Assembly (NCBI GenBank): GCA_013265495.1
Contig: MU058584.1
Span: 6,848,407 to 6,912,406, forward strand
DNA length: 64,000 bases
Reading direction: 5' to 3'
DNA from: Vicugna vicugna
Lineage: Eukaryota
This document shows positions 13,281-26,297 of this stretch, in pieces. A model generated the notes under the pieces. The model searched no databases. It was not told where the DNA came from and saw only the letters and a program-made list of their open reading frames with translations. Positions within the stretch are counted from its first letter, which is position 1, and each line of letters begins with the position of its first letter. The translations under genes and the position numbers were made by a program.

Positions 13281-13835
13281 CAAACACAGAGATCCACTGG
13301 AAGAATTCTGTATACGTCCCATTGGCCAAAATTGAGATTGCATGGTGACTTCCAAGTGCAGGGTAGAAAGGGAAAAGGAACTTGGAAACTCTTGGATAAC
13401 TAATAAATAGTGTGTGTCTTATCTCTCATATGTCTATCCTCACATACTTGATTAGTAAGTAGTTCAGTTGAATATAAAGTTATAAGCTGAAAGTCATATT
13501 GCCTTAGAGTTTTGAAGTCATTGCTCCATCGTCTCTTAGCTTCAGTTATTATTGTTAGAAGTTCACTGTCATTTCTATTCTTTCTTTTATACATGACTTG
13601 CATTTCTTTTTCTGGAAGGTTATAGGATTTTTTTTCTTACCCCTGCAATTCTGAAATTCATAGTGAGGTGCCTTGCTTTGGGATCTTTTTATATCTTCAG
13701 GTCTAGAACTTCACAAATTCAGTTTCTACAAAGATCAAACTCCCAGTATCCAACCAGGATGGATGAAGGTCGGTCTCATAGTTGTGTTGGACGGGAGAGA
13801 AAAATATCTATTCCTTAAACAAGCTTCACCCAATC

Positions 13836-14040
13836 TTTTTTTTTTTTTTTTGTCGACAAAAACTCCACATTATTTACTTGGCCTGTTGTATAAGAGTTAT
13901 TACAGGGGAGGGTCAAAGTGAAGCCTCAGAATTGCCAGTTTCACCCAAGGCAATGATTATGAAATAATATTGTATTCTAAGAGGAGGTAGCGAACTAGTG
14001 CCACCCTTAAAGACCTAAAGGATTATGATTTGCTCATGCC
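13836..14040 (-). mobile_element. TSD-flanked, poly(A)-tailed retrocopy containing ERVL-like internal sequence
   Basis: AGCTTCACCCAATC(TT) at 13822 and 14041. T16 at 13836-13851. Minus-strand AGTAAA lies 21 nt from the tail. Confidence 0.65.
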
Positions 14041-16359
14041 AGCTTCACCCAATCTTGTTGTGCCTCCTGACTGACATCTTTGCAGTTCCTGATGCCTCTG
14101 ATTCCTAAAACATCCTGACACCATCTGGTATGAATTCACCTTTTTTCCATTAGCATCCCTCTTACAAGCACATGGTGTTAATGTTCTCATTTCTGATGAA
14201 TTATCAATTCACTTCCTATATTCAGAAAAATATGTTGACACTACTTCTCTACTGTAACCTCTTTTATTCTGTGTATCTTTTGAGTTCATGCCTTTTGGGA
14301 CTTTATTCTTATTTCAGTGGGGTTTCAAAGAAAGCAGAGAGAAACATGGGCAGAGTTAACCATAGTTAGCCTGAAGTTCTCTCAATTACACCTGCTGTCT
14401 AAAGGATGAATTTGCAGGTGGTGAGGAGTGGTTAAGGTAGAGGACAGTGATGAGCAAAGACCAAGAGTATAGAAACAATCAAGACTTTAATAAAGAAGTG
14501 GTGTTGATCTGAACTATGATAGTAGCAGGAATAATGGAGATAAGAGGACAAATCTGAGACAAACTAAGTTGATAGAAACAACTGGAGTTGTTGTTGGTTG
14601 TAAAGGAGAAATCTAATAGACATTTAGTCTAATAGCATATGAGAGGAACTTACGAAAGGTTAGAATTCAACAGCAATGGTAAGTTCTAACTTCTATCTGG
14701 GTTGAGCAGAGAAGTCCCCAAAGAAGGGTAAGAGTTAAATAGATGGAGAGGGAGGCAGGGCATTTTAAGCTAGATGATTCATCATTACTATTTATTTGCA
14801 ACAAATTCTACAAAAACTAGAATTTATAATATTTTGAAACTGATAAAACTGCTATTTCAGCAGATACAAAACAGGTTCTGCCTTCCTGAGTAGAAACTGT
14901 CCTTTTGCCTCTTTGGGCAGATTCTCCCTTTGTTCCCTTGGTCCCTTAGTTCATTGCTCCATTATTTCAGTAATGACAATGTAAGACAAGCATTCATGTA
15001 CTTTACTCAGGCAAACCTGGAATTCAGTGAACTTACTCAAATGCAGTTTTGTTTTTTTGTGTGTGTGTGTGTGTGTGGACTAAACAATGATCATTGTGCT
15101 TGTTTTCTGTTAATAGTTATGTATTTTCATGGTTCAAAAAGCTTTCAATAAAAAAATGAAAAATCTTACATTCTACTCCTGGCCTGTCTACCAAGGTCCC
15201 ATCCCCTTTTCAGTCCCCATTCTCTGATCCCCTCAAGTATCTGTTTTTATTAATTTCCTGAATAGTGTTTCAGAGTTTATTTAGGCAAATATGAGGACAT
15301 AAATATGCATTTTCTTGTTTTTATTCTTGTTTCTACACAAAGTATAACGTGGAGTATATGCTGTTATGTGCTTCGCTTTTTCATTTAATGACATATCGTG
15401 ACAAGCAGTATATAGAGAACCTGCTCATTCTTTTAAAAGCTGTATCTTGTTTGCTTGTATGGATGAACTGTGATTTATTGAACCAGTCTCCCATTAATGA
15501 ACATTTTGTTTATTTCCAGTGCTTTGCTATTTTCTTCAATAAAAAAATCACGCATGAATCCTTTCACACACTATATTTGTAGGATCAAATATTTTGTTTA
15601 GAAATAAAAGTTGAGTGTTTTAGCAAAGACATGACCCTTCAGATCTAGTGATATGTTTGGCATTATTTTTTGGCTTGTTTTGATTTTTTGTAAATCTGGA
15701 GCTAGACCAACCTATGTTTAAAACCACTTGGTGAATGATGCATGTAAGTTTGTGTTTATTTTTAATTTGGCTTCCAAGATACAAGAGTAGACATGAGAAT
15801 TCAGCACAAAGGAATAGTCAAGCAATCTCCTCCTGAGAGAACAGAGTGGAATAGAAAGATACTAGCCTTGGCAGCACAACATACCCCCACTCTGGGGTTG
15901 CCTGCATGGAGTTGAGGCCCTATAACTTCAACTTGGGGATGTCTCTACTGACATTCTAACAGTACAGTATACCATTATTCTATTATACCCTCATTCTATT
16001 ATTATGGTTTGTCCAGATCACAGAGACATGCTCTTCTTTATAGGCATGGATTCTTTCCGGAAGAGTATGAAATTCTTATTGTCAATTGCATGAGAATGGG
16101 ATAATCACCAAGAATGAAATGTGGTAGACAAGGGTGACTGTGATCACTGGGTTTTACAGGCAGCCAAGCCTGATCTTTAAGGTTAAATCTCTGCTAGAAG
16201 CTAAGCAAAGAGTCAACCTTGGGAGGGACTCTGAGATCTGATCTGGGCATATAAGTTTCGAAGAAGACAATTCTAGTATCAACTATAACTTATTCACTCT
16301 ATTATACTATTATTCCCAAGCCTTTGTTAAATCACAGCACTGAATATTAATTCAAAAAA

Positions 16360-17060
16360 TTGAAGTTACTATAATGAAATATGATTTCACATCTTTAATA
16401 TCAGTAAAAATGAAAGTCTGAAAATACCAAATACCAGATAGTTGAGGAGCAAGAAGAATTAGTTGCTATTGGAGGGAATATAAATTCTTACAAACATTTT
16501 GAAGAACAGTTTATCAATATCTAGCAAAGTTGAAAATATGAATACCCGATAACCTAGCCATTTCACAGTGAGGCATGTACCCTGCAGAAATGCTTACATA
16601 GATGCAAAAGTACATAAATACAGGAATATTTGTGGCAGCATTGTCTGTAAAAGAAAAAAATGAAATAATCAAAATATTCATCAGTGGAAAAGATCTAAAT
16701 GAACTGTAATATATTTATGTAAAGAAATTCTCCACATGATGAAAGTAAATGAAATAAGGTTTAGATTTAGAAAACATGAATCTCAGAAAGATAACATTGA
16801 GCAAAAAAGCAAGTTATGCAAAACAGTGTATGATGTGATACATTTTTATGATACTATGTGTTGTTTTTATTCATTCATATGTAGTAAAAGTATAAGGAAA
16901 TGCACAAAAAAATATTAATAATAAACTCAAGAGACTGGTTACCTTTGGCAGGCATGGAAAGGATAAAATCAAGGAGTGTACAAAGAGGGCTTTGACTGAG
17001 TAGTGAGTACATCAGTATGAGCTATATTATACCTTTGTAATTTTGTAATAAAGTGTTAAA
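16360..17060 (+). mobile_element. Old L1 (L1ME-like) 3' end
   Basis: Degraded ORF2 C-terminus (tatgatttcacatct...tttgtggcagcattgt) and 3' UTR (gaatctcag...ttgagcaaaaaagcaagtt). Confidence 0.65.
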
Positions 17061-17289
17061 ATAAAGCTACAGTTTTATCTTTGTAATGCAATAGGGATTT
17101 AGGGAGAAGCTGTCCCAAAGTGAGAATATACACAGTGTTCAACAATAAAGAACAGCTATGCCAACAAAGACATTACTTCATAAAGGCCATCAGTTATAGA
17201 ATGTTGGCAAGATGAAGACACAGAGCAAAAGGAAATACTTTTTTTTTTCTGGACTGAGATAGAGACCTAGGAAACTATTAGAAATAGCT

Positions 17290-18520
17290 GAAAATTATGG
17301 AAGTCTTCCAGCTATGCCTGGCTAGCTTACATTGGTCCAGCCTTTCCACAGTAACAACTAGAAAAACTGTATAAAACATTATTTTAAAAAATATTTGTTT
17401 GAAGTATCAGAGAGCTGCCAGGGCAGCAAGAACCAAGATCCTGGAAGGAAGGAAAGCTCTCTGAGGGTGAGCCAAATAGTCAGCTTCACTATTTGTTTGA
17501 GGCAGGTACCATTTAGAAAGCAGAGACTGAGAGGCTAAGTTTCTGGAAATCTCAAAGAGCTAGGGAGGCAAAAACTGAAGTTCAAGGGGGAAAGGGAGGT
17601 TGAAAAATAACACTGGTCTTTGATTGGGACTCCTAAAGGGCTTTTAATCAGCCACGGCCAGCCTAACTGCCTTCCAGAGTAACCAGAAAGGTAATCTATG
17701 CACATGGCAGTAAAAACTGATGAAAACTGAATACAAAGAGACTATTTTAAGACCTATCTCAGGAATAAAAAGAATGCATTGCCTTCAAAGGAACAACAAG
17801 AAGACTTACAGCTGACTTCTCAACTGAAATAATGGAAATCAAAAGAAATAGAATAATTTCTTCTAAGTGCTGGAGGAAAAAATACTGCCAATCTAGAATT
17901 CTAGACCTTTTAAAATGCTTTTCAAAAATGAAGGTAAAATAATTCATACTCAAAACAAATAAAGAAACTGAGATAGTTACCAGCAGACTCACACTAAAGG
18001 AAAATTAGAGCACTTTGGGCAAATAAAAATGATCCTAGATAGAAGTATGAAAATACTAAGGAATAAAGAGGTAAATGTGCGTGTAAATTTAAATGACTAT
18101 TGATTGTATGAAGCAATAACCAAAAAGTCTTGTGAGGTGTTAACATATGAAGAATTAAATAAACATGACAACAGTACCACAAAAGATGTGAGAGTAATAA
18201 ATTAGAGTGTTATGTAGACCTTTTATGGTCATGGCAGTGGTAAAAATGCAAATACATTTCAGACTTTTAGAAGCCAAGAATGCATACTGTAATTCCTAGG
18301 GAAATTCCTAAGAGAATAGCAGAGGATAATTTTAAAAGCTAATGGAGGAGGAAGGATATATCTATTTTATTAATTCAAAAGTAAGCACAAAAAGAGAAAA
18401 ACATAGAACATGTGAGACAAATAGAATATAAATGGTAAAATGGTAGGCACAGATTAAATGTAAATAGATTAAATATTCTACTTAAAGACAAAAAATTGTC
18501 AGACTAAATTTTTCAAAAGG
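17290..18520 (+). mobile_element. Old L1 5' UTR/ORF1 fragments
   Basis: cagctgacttctcaactgaaataatggaa...ctgccaatctagaattcta resembles the L1 ORF1 C-terminal region. Boundaries approximate. Confidence 0.65.
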
Positions 18521-19231
18521 AATAGCTGTGAGACCCTTTGTAAAAGGCTAAGTTTAAGGAAATGGCAAAATGAAGTCTAGGAAGAATGCTGGGATATGAT
18601 AGACTGGGAGAATGAATATACTATTCTAAGGACTTTAAATTTTACTCTGTTAATTAGAATTAATCCTGGAAGTAAATACTGCTGCTCCTAGTCTCTGTGC
18701 TCAGAGGTGATGAGTAGAAACATGAAGGAAGAAGAACCAGCCCGGTTGTTACATAGACTCTCATTTAATTAATTACCTCAATTAATATCCCACAATATAC
18801 TCCTCTCCCCTGACCTGCCTCCTCTGAGCTTAGGGCTTAGAGGTAATTTGATGTAGTGATTCAGAGCATACCCTGTGGAGTTAGATGACCTGATTCAAAG
18901 CTCTCCTTGTTGTGTGATTTTTCAGCATTTTACTTAATTCTTTGGTGTATCAGCTTTCTCACTCATAAAATGCAGGTTACGAGATTTATTCTCTCATAGG
19001 ATTATTGTAACAATCAAGCAAGTTAATCTCTATAAAACTTAGACAAGGCTTGGTAAATAATAAGTACTACATAAATGATAGTTAGAGACTCTCCTAGCCT
19101 CCACTGGGAAGGATAACTCCCATCTCTGCTCCAGCCTTCTCCCATGTGTTCTGGGCCATGGCTTCTACTCTACTTTGTCAAGATTACCCCATCCAAATTT
19201 TATTAAATTTTATTAAAATCTGGTCCACAAA

Positions 19232-20315
19232 TAGACAAAGCCTTCTTAATTACAACACCAAGTACAAGCAACAAAAAATAGATAAACTGTACTTCATCAA
19301 AATTAAAACTTATGCACTTCAAAGGACACCATCAAGAAAGTTAAGACAACCCACAGAATGGGAGAAAATTTTTGCAAATCGTGTATATTATAAGGGACTT
19401 GTATCTAGAATATGTAAGAAATTCTCATAACTATATAATAAAAAGGCAAAGGGGATGAAAATTCTGAATAGACATTTATCAAAAAATATGTGCAAATAGC
19501 CAAGTATATTAAAAGATGGTTGACAACATTAGCCATTAGAAAACTGCAAATCAAAACCATAGTGAGATGCCACTTCACATCCTCTAGGATGATTATAGCC
19601 TAAAAGACAGACAATAACAAGTGTTGAAGATATAAAGAAATTGGAATCCTCATAAATTCCTGGTGGGAATGTAAAATATTATAAATATTATAGCTATTTT
19701 AGAAACAGTTTAGCAGTTCCTCAAAACACTAAACATAGAGTTATCATATGACCCAGCAATTGTACCCCTAGATATGTGTCTAAGAGAAATGAAAACATAC
19801 ACTCACACAAAAATGTACACATTAATCCATACAGCAGCATTATTCATAAACAGCCAGAAAGTAGAAACAACACAAACATCCATCAACTGATAAATGGTTA
19901 AAATTAAATTAAATGTGGTATCCATACAATGCAATTTCATTCAGCAATAAAAAGATATGAAATACTGAGACATGCTATAATATGAGTGAACCTTAAAAAC
20001 ATTCTGCTAAGTGAAAGAAGCCATTGACACCAAAAATAAAACATAGATCATATGATTCCATTTGTATGAAATGTTCAGAATCAGCAAATCTATAGCAATG
20101 GAAAGTTATTAGTGGTTGCCTAAATCTAGGGTGTGGGGAGTGACTGCTATTGGGTCTAAGAGTTCTTGGGTGGAGCAGATGATAAAATTGTAGTGATGGT
20201 TGTACAGCTCTGTGAATATACTAAAAAACCATTGAATTAAATGGTTAAATGGTTAGACTACTTAAATTAAATAAGTGAATTATATAGCATATTAATTATA
20301 TCTCAATAAAACTGT
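19232..20315 (+). mobile_element. L1 (L1MB-like) ORF2 end and 3' UTR
   Basis: Translation KIDKLYFIKIKT...[12 protein letters not shown]. The 3' UTR ends with aattatatctcaataaaactgtt. Confidence 0.88.
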
Positions 20316-21593
20316 TTTTTTTTTAATCTGGTCCAAAGAGTACTTCATTTTCTCAGACCTGTCATGGATTTCTTTCTTTTGTATAACTTTGCTACAACTT
20401 CAATGAGATTTTGGGAAGGGTAGTAAATATAAAGACTAACTTGCTTCACTCTCTTGATCCAGAAGCTCCAGGAGGATTATTTTAAAAGAGAACTGACCCA
20501 GAAAATACAGGGCACATACAAATGATGGGACTATATGCATCACACAAGAGATACAGGTGAGTACATCCAAACAGTAAAACTGGGTCATGGTCAAGGGATA
20601 ATAAGACTAGTTTAGCTTGTCATTTACCTAATGGCCTATAACAACTTAATGAGAAAATTTGTCCTCCTGGCTCTGTGCTTCCCATTCTCAGGGAGTGAGA
20701 CATGGTTTTAAGAAAAAGTTTTCTGTGAAATATATAGCAAAAAGTAAAAATGGAAAGAGAAAGAGATACCGGGGCTTATCTATACATTGTTCTCATAGGA
20801 GTAGCCATAATTAAGAGAGCTTGGAACCTTCCAGGAATGTCAATGGTTCCAGGATCCCAAACATGTGGATGGGTACTTAGTGCCAACAGCCTCTCCTTCC
20901 CCTACCAGTATGCTACTTGAAAGTAACCAGCATACTTTCAAACCCAATCTAAATTGTTCTCAGCAACTTTGTGCCTGTCTTAGAACTACAACTGAAGAGG
21001 ACAGAATCCAGATCTCAGACGCTAAAATCTTGAAGTTAGGACAACTCCACTTCACTAACACACCCTGCCTGAATACTTCTACCATCCAGAAACAAGTGGT
21101 TTTCTAACCTCGGTCTGAATACTTGCAGTGATCGGGAACTCACTGCCTCACAAAACAGCCCATTCCATATCGTACAGCCTTGTTAGCCAGAAAGTTCTTT
21201 CTTGTATCGAGGCAAACAGCTTTCCTATAACATTCACAAATGTGATCCTAAATAGACTTCTGCATCTACCCAAAATAGGCTTATATAACCTTTTCCACTT
21301 AACAGCCTTTTTGAAGGCAATTATCATATACTTTTCAATATATACCCTCTGGCTGAACATCAAAACTCTCTTCAGTGGCTCCTTGTATGGCAGGGTTTTA
21401 AGAAGTTTGTTACCACCCTGGTTATTTTTAAACTTCCTAGTAGCCAAGCCAAGCTCGTTTCCACATCCATAAAACAGAAAATGGGTGATAATATCTACAG
21501 TCCTGAATTAATCAAATGAATTAATGTTTGTGAAATATTTTTATACTTTAATACACTTTGTAAACATAAAACACTATTAGAAAGTATTTGTAT

Positions 21594-21739
21594 GGGAGAA
21601 GATACAGCTCAAGTGGTAGAGCGCCTGCCTGGCATGCACAAGGTCCTGAGTTCAATCCCCAGTACCGCTTCCAAAATAAATAAATAAACAAACCTAATTA
21701 CCTCTCCTCCCTCCTTCCCCCCCCCCAAAAAAAAGAGAA
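21594..21739 (+). mobile_element. tRNA-derived SINE, Vic-1-like (second copy)
   Basis: ACAGCTCAAGTGGTAGAGCG...GAGTTCAATCCCCAGTACC...AAACCTAATTACCTC. Degenerate TSD agaaag(t/a)atttg at ~21579 and ~21740. Confidence 0.85.
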
Positions 21740-21789
21740 AGAAAGAATTTGCTTCCTAGAAGGCAATTTGTCAAAACATGGTAGAAACC

Positions 21790-21945
21790 TGCAGTTCAAA
21801 ATGTGATCTAAGGACCGGCAGCATTGGAATCACCTAGGATCATGGTAGAAATGAAGACTCTCCAACCCACCCCATATCTATTGAATCTGCATCTGCATTT
21901 TAGTAAGATCTCCAAGTGTTTCATACATTAGTGTGAGGAGCACTG
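21790..21945. mobile_element. MER5-like hAT element
   Basis: cagcattggaatcacctagg...gaatctgcatctgcattttagtaagatctccaagtg. Confidence 0.6.
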
Positions 21946-22894
21946 TAGACATTCAAATGGGCATACACTTTCATTCAGCAATTCCCCTTTTAGCTACTTA
22001 TCCTGAGAATATGATATGGTAAGCGTGGAAGAGATATATATAAATAGTGTTCACTAAAGCATTTTCATAATAGCAATAACTTATAAAAAATCTAAAGATC
22101 CACTAATAGAAAATTGGCCAAGTGCTTTATGGTTCGTTTGTGGATATACCCATTCTCCCCAGGAGACTTGTTAGTCCTTGGCATACCTAAGTACCACTTG
22201 CCTGCCAGGGATGTCTGTTGAGCAAGCTTCTTGGCTGGTGCTGATGGCAAGAAGATGCCTGTTCCTAAGCTGATGGTTGCTGCTGAGAACAAAAGTGTAT
22301 GTTCAAGTGGACACAAAAGGATATGAATCTCTAGAAAAGTTACCTACTGGGGAAGAGCTAGACCATCTGCCCAAGAGTTCAGTCATCTCTCCAGGGTTCG
22401 GTTAGTTTAAAAAGTTGCTAGCATATCTGAGTGTTTTGTTTGTCAGGTATAATTATTACTTACAGGACTTTTTTTGAGATCATAAGTAACCAGAGAAGGG
22501 ATAGTGAAGATATTTACTATATTTAGAGTGTGATTCCATTTTTGTTTGTGCATATGTATACATGTAAATAAAAGGTATACAACAGTGATTATAGTGATGT
22601 CTGTTTGGTGTAGTAAGGGATAATTTTAACTTGTTTTTACTTGTCCGTACTTGCTAACTTGTTGATGAACATCGGTTACGTCCATTATAGAAAGGATTTT
22701 TAAACTATCTGCATGTGACATGTGTAACCATACAATGCTGTTACTGTGAAGACATTCCTGTTACTACTCTAGACCTCAGAATATAAGCCTCTTGCTTAAT
22801 TTCAGGACTCCTAACAAAGGCCTTGGAGTGTCACTGGCAGAATGCTGCAGGAGTGAGAGCTCCTCCCATTTCTCACAGCCTTCTTCAACTCTTA

Positions 22895-22958
22895 AAACAT
22901 TTCTGATTTCCTCCCAGCACACAACCAACACAGAAAACTACTCCATCAGAGAGGGCAT
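22895..22958 (+). other. FMO2: Candidate remnant of FMO2 non-coding exon 1
   Basis: AACCAAcacAGAAAACTAcTCcaTCAgAGAG resembles my recollection of the human FMO2 5' UTR (AACCAAGGGAGAAAACTATTCTGTCAAAGAG). GTAAGA donor-like hexamers lie at 22959 and 22969. The 5' boundary is a guess. Confidence 0.45.
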
Positions 22959-24085
22959 GTAAGAAAATGTAAGAGTTTTGAGTGGTCCGTCAAAAATATG
23001 ATTTGATGGATTGAAGTGGTACAAGATGGCATTGTAGGAAGATTGTGAACACACCTCCTCCTATGTATACAACAAATCTACAGATACATATAGAGCAACT
23101 CCCTCAGGGAAGGACCTCAAAATTAGCTGAACAGCTCCTCCACAACAAAGGATAAAGAGGCCACACTGAGACAGGTAGGAGAGGCAGAGACATGTTCTTG
23201 CCCAAAACCCCGCCCTTGCATGGCAACCCACAGGTAGGAGGGATTAACAGACAGCTTCTCCCTGAAGAGCAAATGGCTTGTCTTTGAAAGCCAACAGGGT
23301 TTGCATCCAAGAGAACATCAGGCTTATAGGGAATGGAGATTCTGCTCTTAAAGGGCTCACACACTGACTCATTCACCTTGGACTCAGCACAAAAGCAGCC
23401 GTTTGGGAAGTTCCTAGATCATATGTGAAGGAGATTCATTTGCTAGTCTTAAAGCACCTGCCAGAGGAGCAGGAACTTGTTGGGACTATCACTGGAGATG
23501 GAGGCACTGGCGAGCACCAGTTTTGCATTCTCTCTACCTTGCTAGCGCCAGCACTAGCAGGCACCATTTTGCACTCTCCTCTCATCTGATAACACTGGTG
23601 GATACACCCTGCCCCTGCACTGCTCCTTTAGTCCTACCAAAGCCAGCCAAGCAGGCACCCCACCTCCAAGCCACTCCCAAGGCCTCACCGAAACCAGTGG
23701 GCAGGTGCAGACCGCACAGTGGATGCCACTAGGGCACCTTGCTCTGGAGGCCAGGGAAGACTGCATTCTGGGCCTCATAGTCTGAAAAAATCACAGAGAC
23801 AGTTCTTGACACCCCAACAACTGGGACCTATCAAGAAAAAAATTAGGCTACTTAGACAATCACAAAGGCTCAAGAGACAACCAAGAGTGATGACAAGGTG
23901 AAATAACAAGTTCATCTCTTACACAAGGACACTCCTTTAATATTGGGAAAGATAGCTATTTTGCCTAATACACAGAAACAAACACAGAGAGACTAGCAAA
24001 ATGAGGAGACAAAGGAACATGTTCCAAATGAAAGAACAATAAAACCCCAGAAAAACCTTAATGGAACGGAGATAAATAATTTATC

Positions 24086-24305
24086 GGGGGCAGGGGAGGG
24101 ACAGACTGTAGAATGTAGAATAGATAAACAAGATTATACTGTATAGCACAGGGAGATACATACAAGATCTTGTGGTAGCTCACAGCGAAAAAAAAATGTG
24201 TGACAATGTATACATGTATGTTCATGTATAACTGAAAAATTGTGCTCTACACTGGAATTTGACACAACATTGTAAAATGGCTATTACTCAATAAAAAAAA
24301 AGTTA
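24086..24305 (+). mobile_element. Young 5'-truncated L1 3' end inserted in ORF1 of the host L1
   Basis: TSD aa(t/a)aatttatc at 24074 and 24306, with an A tail. Same family as the minus-strand L1 end at 40670-40890. Confidence 0.8.
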
Positions 24306-24515
24306 AAAAAATTTATCTGTAAAGAATTAAAGGTAATGGTCATAAACACGATCAAAGTCAGGAAAAGAATGAGCAGAACAGGCTGAAAGTAAAGAGATTT
24401 AAAAAACGTTTTTCATTTTGCAAATGGAAACAAAAAGAAATCTGAGGTAGCTATATTTATATCAGACAAAATAAACTTTAAAACAAAGACTGTAATAAAA
24501 GACCAAGAAGGCATC

Positions 24516-26297
24516 TTGCGTTTGTTTTTGTGTATAATGTGAGCGTTCTAAGAGAGTGGCAAAGAGACTGTCTTTTCTCCATTACATATTCTTGTCTCCT
24601 TTGTTGAAGATTAATTGACTGTAAGTGTGTAGATTTATTTCTGGGTTATCTATTCTGTTCTATTAATATGTCTGTATTTGTGCCAATACAACACTGTTTT
24701 GATTACTGTATCTCTGCAGTATTGTCTGAAGTCTGGGAAGGTTATTCCTCCAGATTCATTCTTTTTCTTCAGTACTGCTGTGGCAATTCTGGGTCTTTTG
24801 TGGTTCCATATAAATTTTAGGATTATTTGTTCTAGTTCCGTGGGGGGAAAAAATGTCCTGGGGAATTTGATAGGGGCTGCATTAAATCTGTAGGTGGCTT
24901 TGGGTAGTATGGCCATTTTAATGATATTAATCCTTCCAATCCAAGAGCATGGGGTATCTTTCATTTCTTTAAATTATCTTCAGTTTCCTTAATCAATATG
25001 TTGTAGTTCTTCCTGTATAAGTCTTTCAAGACTTAAACATAAGACAGGACACTATAAACCTCCCAGAAGAAAACATAGGCAAAACATTCTCTGACATAAA
25101 TCTTAGCAATGTTCTCCTAGGGCAGTCTACACAGGCAAAAGAAATAAAAGCAAAAATAAACAAATGAGACCTAATTGAACTTATAAGCTTTTGCACAGCA
25201 AAGGAAACTATAAACAACATGAAAAGACAACCTATTGAATGGTAGAAAATATTTGCAAATAAAGCAGCTGACAAGGGCTTACTTTCCAGAATATACAAAC
25301 AGCTCATACAATTCAATAACAAAAACAACAAACAAACAACCCAATCCAAAAATGGGCAGAAGACCTAAATAAACATTTCTCCAATGAAGATGAACATATG
25401 GAAAATAGGCACATGAAAAAAATGGTCAGTATCACTAATTATCAGAGAAATAAAAATCAAAACAACAATGAGGTATCACCTCACACCAGTCAGAATGGCC
25501 ATCATTAAAAAGTCCACAAATGATAAATGCTGGAAAGGGTGTAGAGAAAAGGGAACCCTCCTACACTGCTGGTGGGAATATAGTTTAGTGCAGCCATTAT
25601 GGAAAACTCTATGGAGATTCCTTAAAAAACTAAAAAAAAAAAAAATAGACTTACCATATGATCTAGCAATCCCACTCCTGGGCATACATCCAGAGGAAAC
25701 TCTAATTCAAAAAGATATATGCACCCCAATGTTCATAGCAGCCCTGTTTACAATAGCCAAGACATGGAAACAACCTAAATGTCCATTGACAGATGACTGG
25801 ATAAAGAAGTTGTGGTATATTTATACAATGGAAATCTACTCAGCCATTAAAAAAAAAAAAGAATAAAATAATGCCATTTGCAGCAACATGGATGGACCTG
25901 GAGAATGTCATACTAAGTGGAGTAAGGCAGAAAGAAAAAGAAAAATATATGATATCATTTATATGTGGAAATGACACAAATGAACTTATTTACAAAACAG
26001 AAATGGACTCACAGACATAGAACACAAACTTATGGTTACCACGGGGGAAGCAGGGAGGTGGAGGGATAAATTGGGAATCTGGGATTTGCAGATTCTAACT
26101 ACTATATATAAAATAGATAAACAACAAGCTCCTACTGTATAGCACAGGGAACTATATTCAATACCTTGTAATGGACTATAATGAAAAAATATGAAAAGGA
26201 ATATATATATGTGTATGTATGTATAAGTCAATCACTATGATGTATACCAGAAATTAACACAACATTGTAAACTGACTATACTTCAATTTAAAAAAAA
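24516..26297 (+). mobile_element. L1 with 5' inversion (24516-25025 minus, 25026-26297 plus)
   Basis: Minus [24 protein letters not shown] and plus [18 protein letters not shown]...LLHCWWE are both L1 ORF2. The 3' UTR and A tail end at ~26297. Confidence 0.88.

Noticed and set aside
15900..16340. Loosely repeated tattctattata...atcacag motifs ~300 bp apart
   Set aside because: Too degenerate to define a unit. Probably a decayed ancient repeat.
22238..22300. gtgctgATGGCAAGAAG resembles the FMO2 start (GAGCTGATGGCAAAGAAG)
   Set aside because: Similarity ends after ~15 nt. No GAGVSG motif, acceptor or donor follows.
25468..25866. 132-aa ORF (and similar ORFs at 24650, 26405, 40917, 41508)
   Set aside because: L1 ORF2 fragments or their antisense frames, not host genes.
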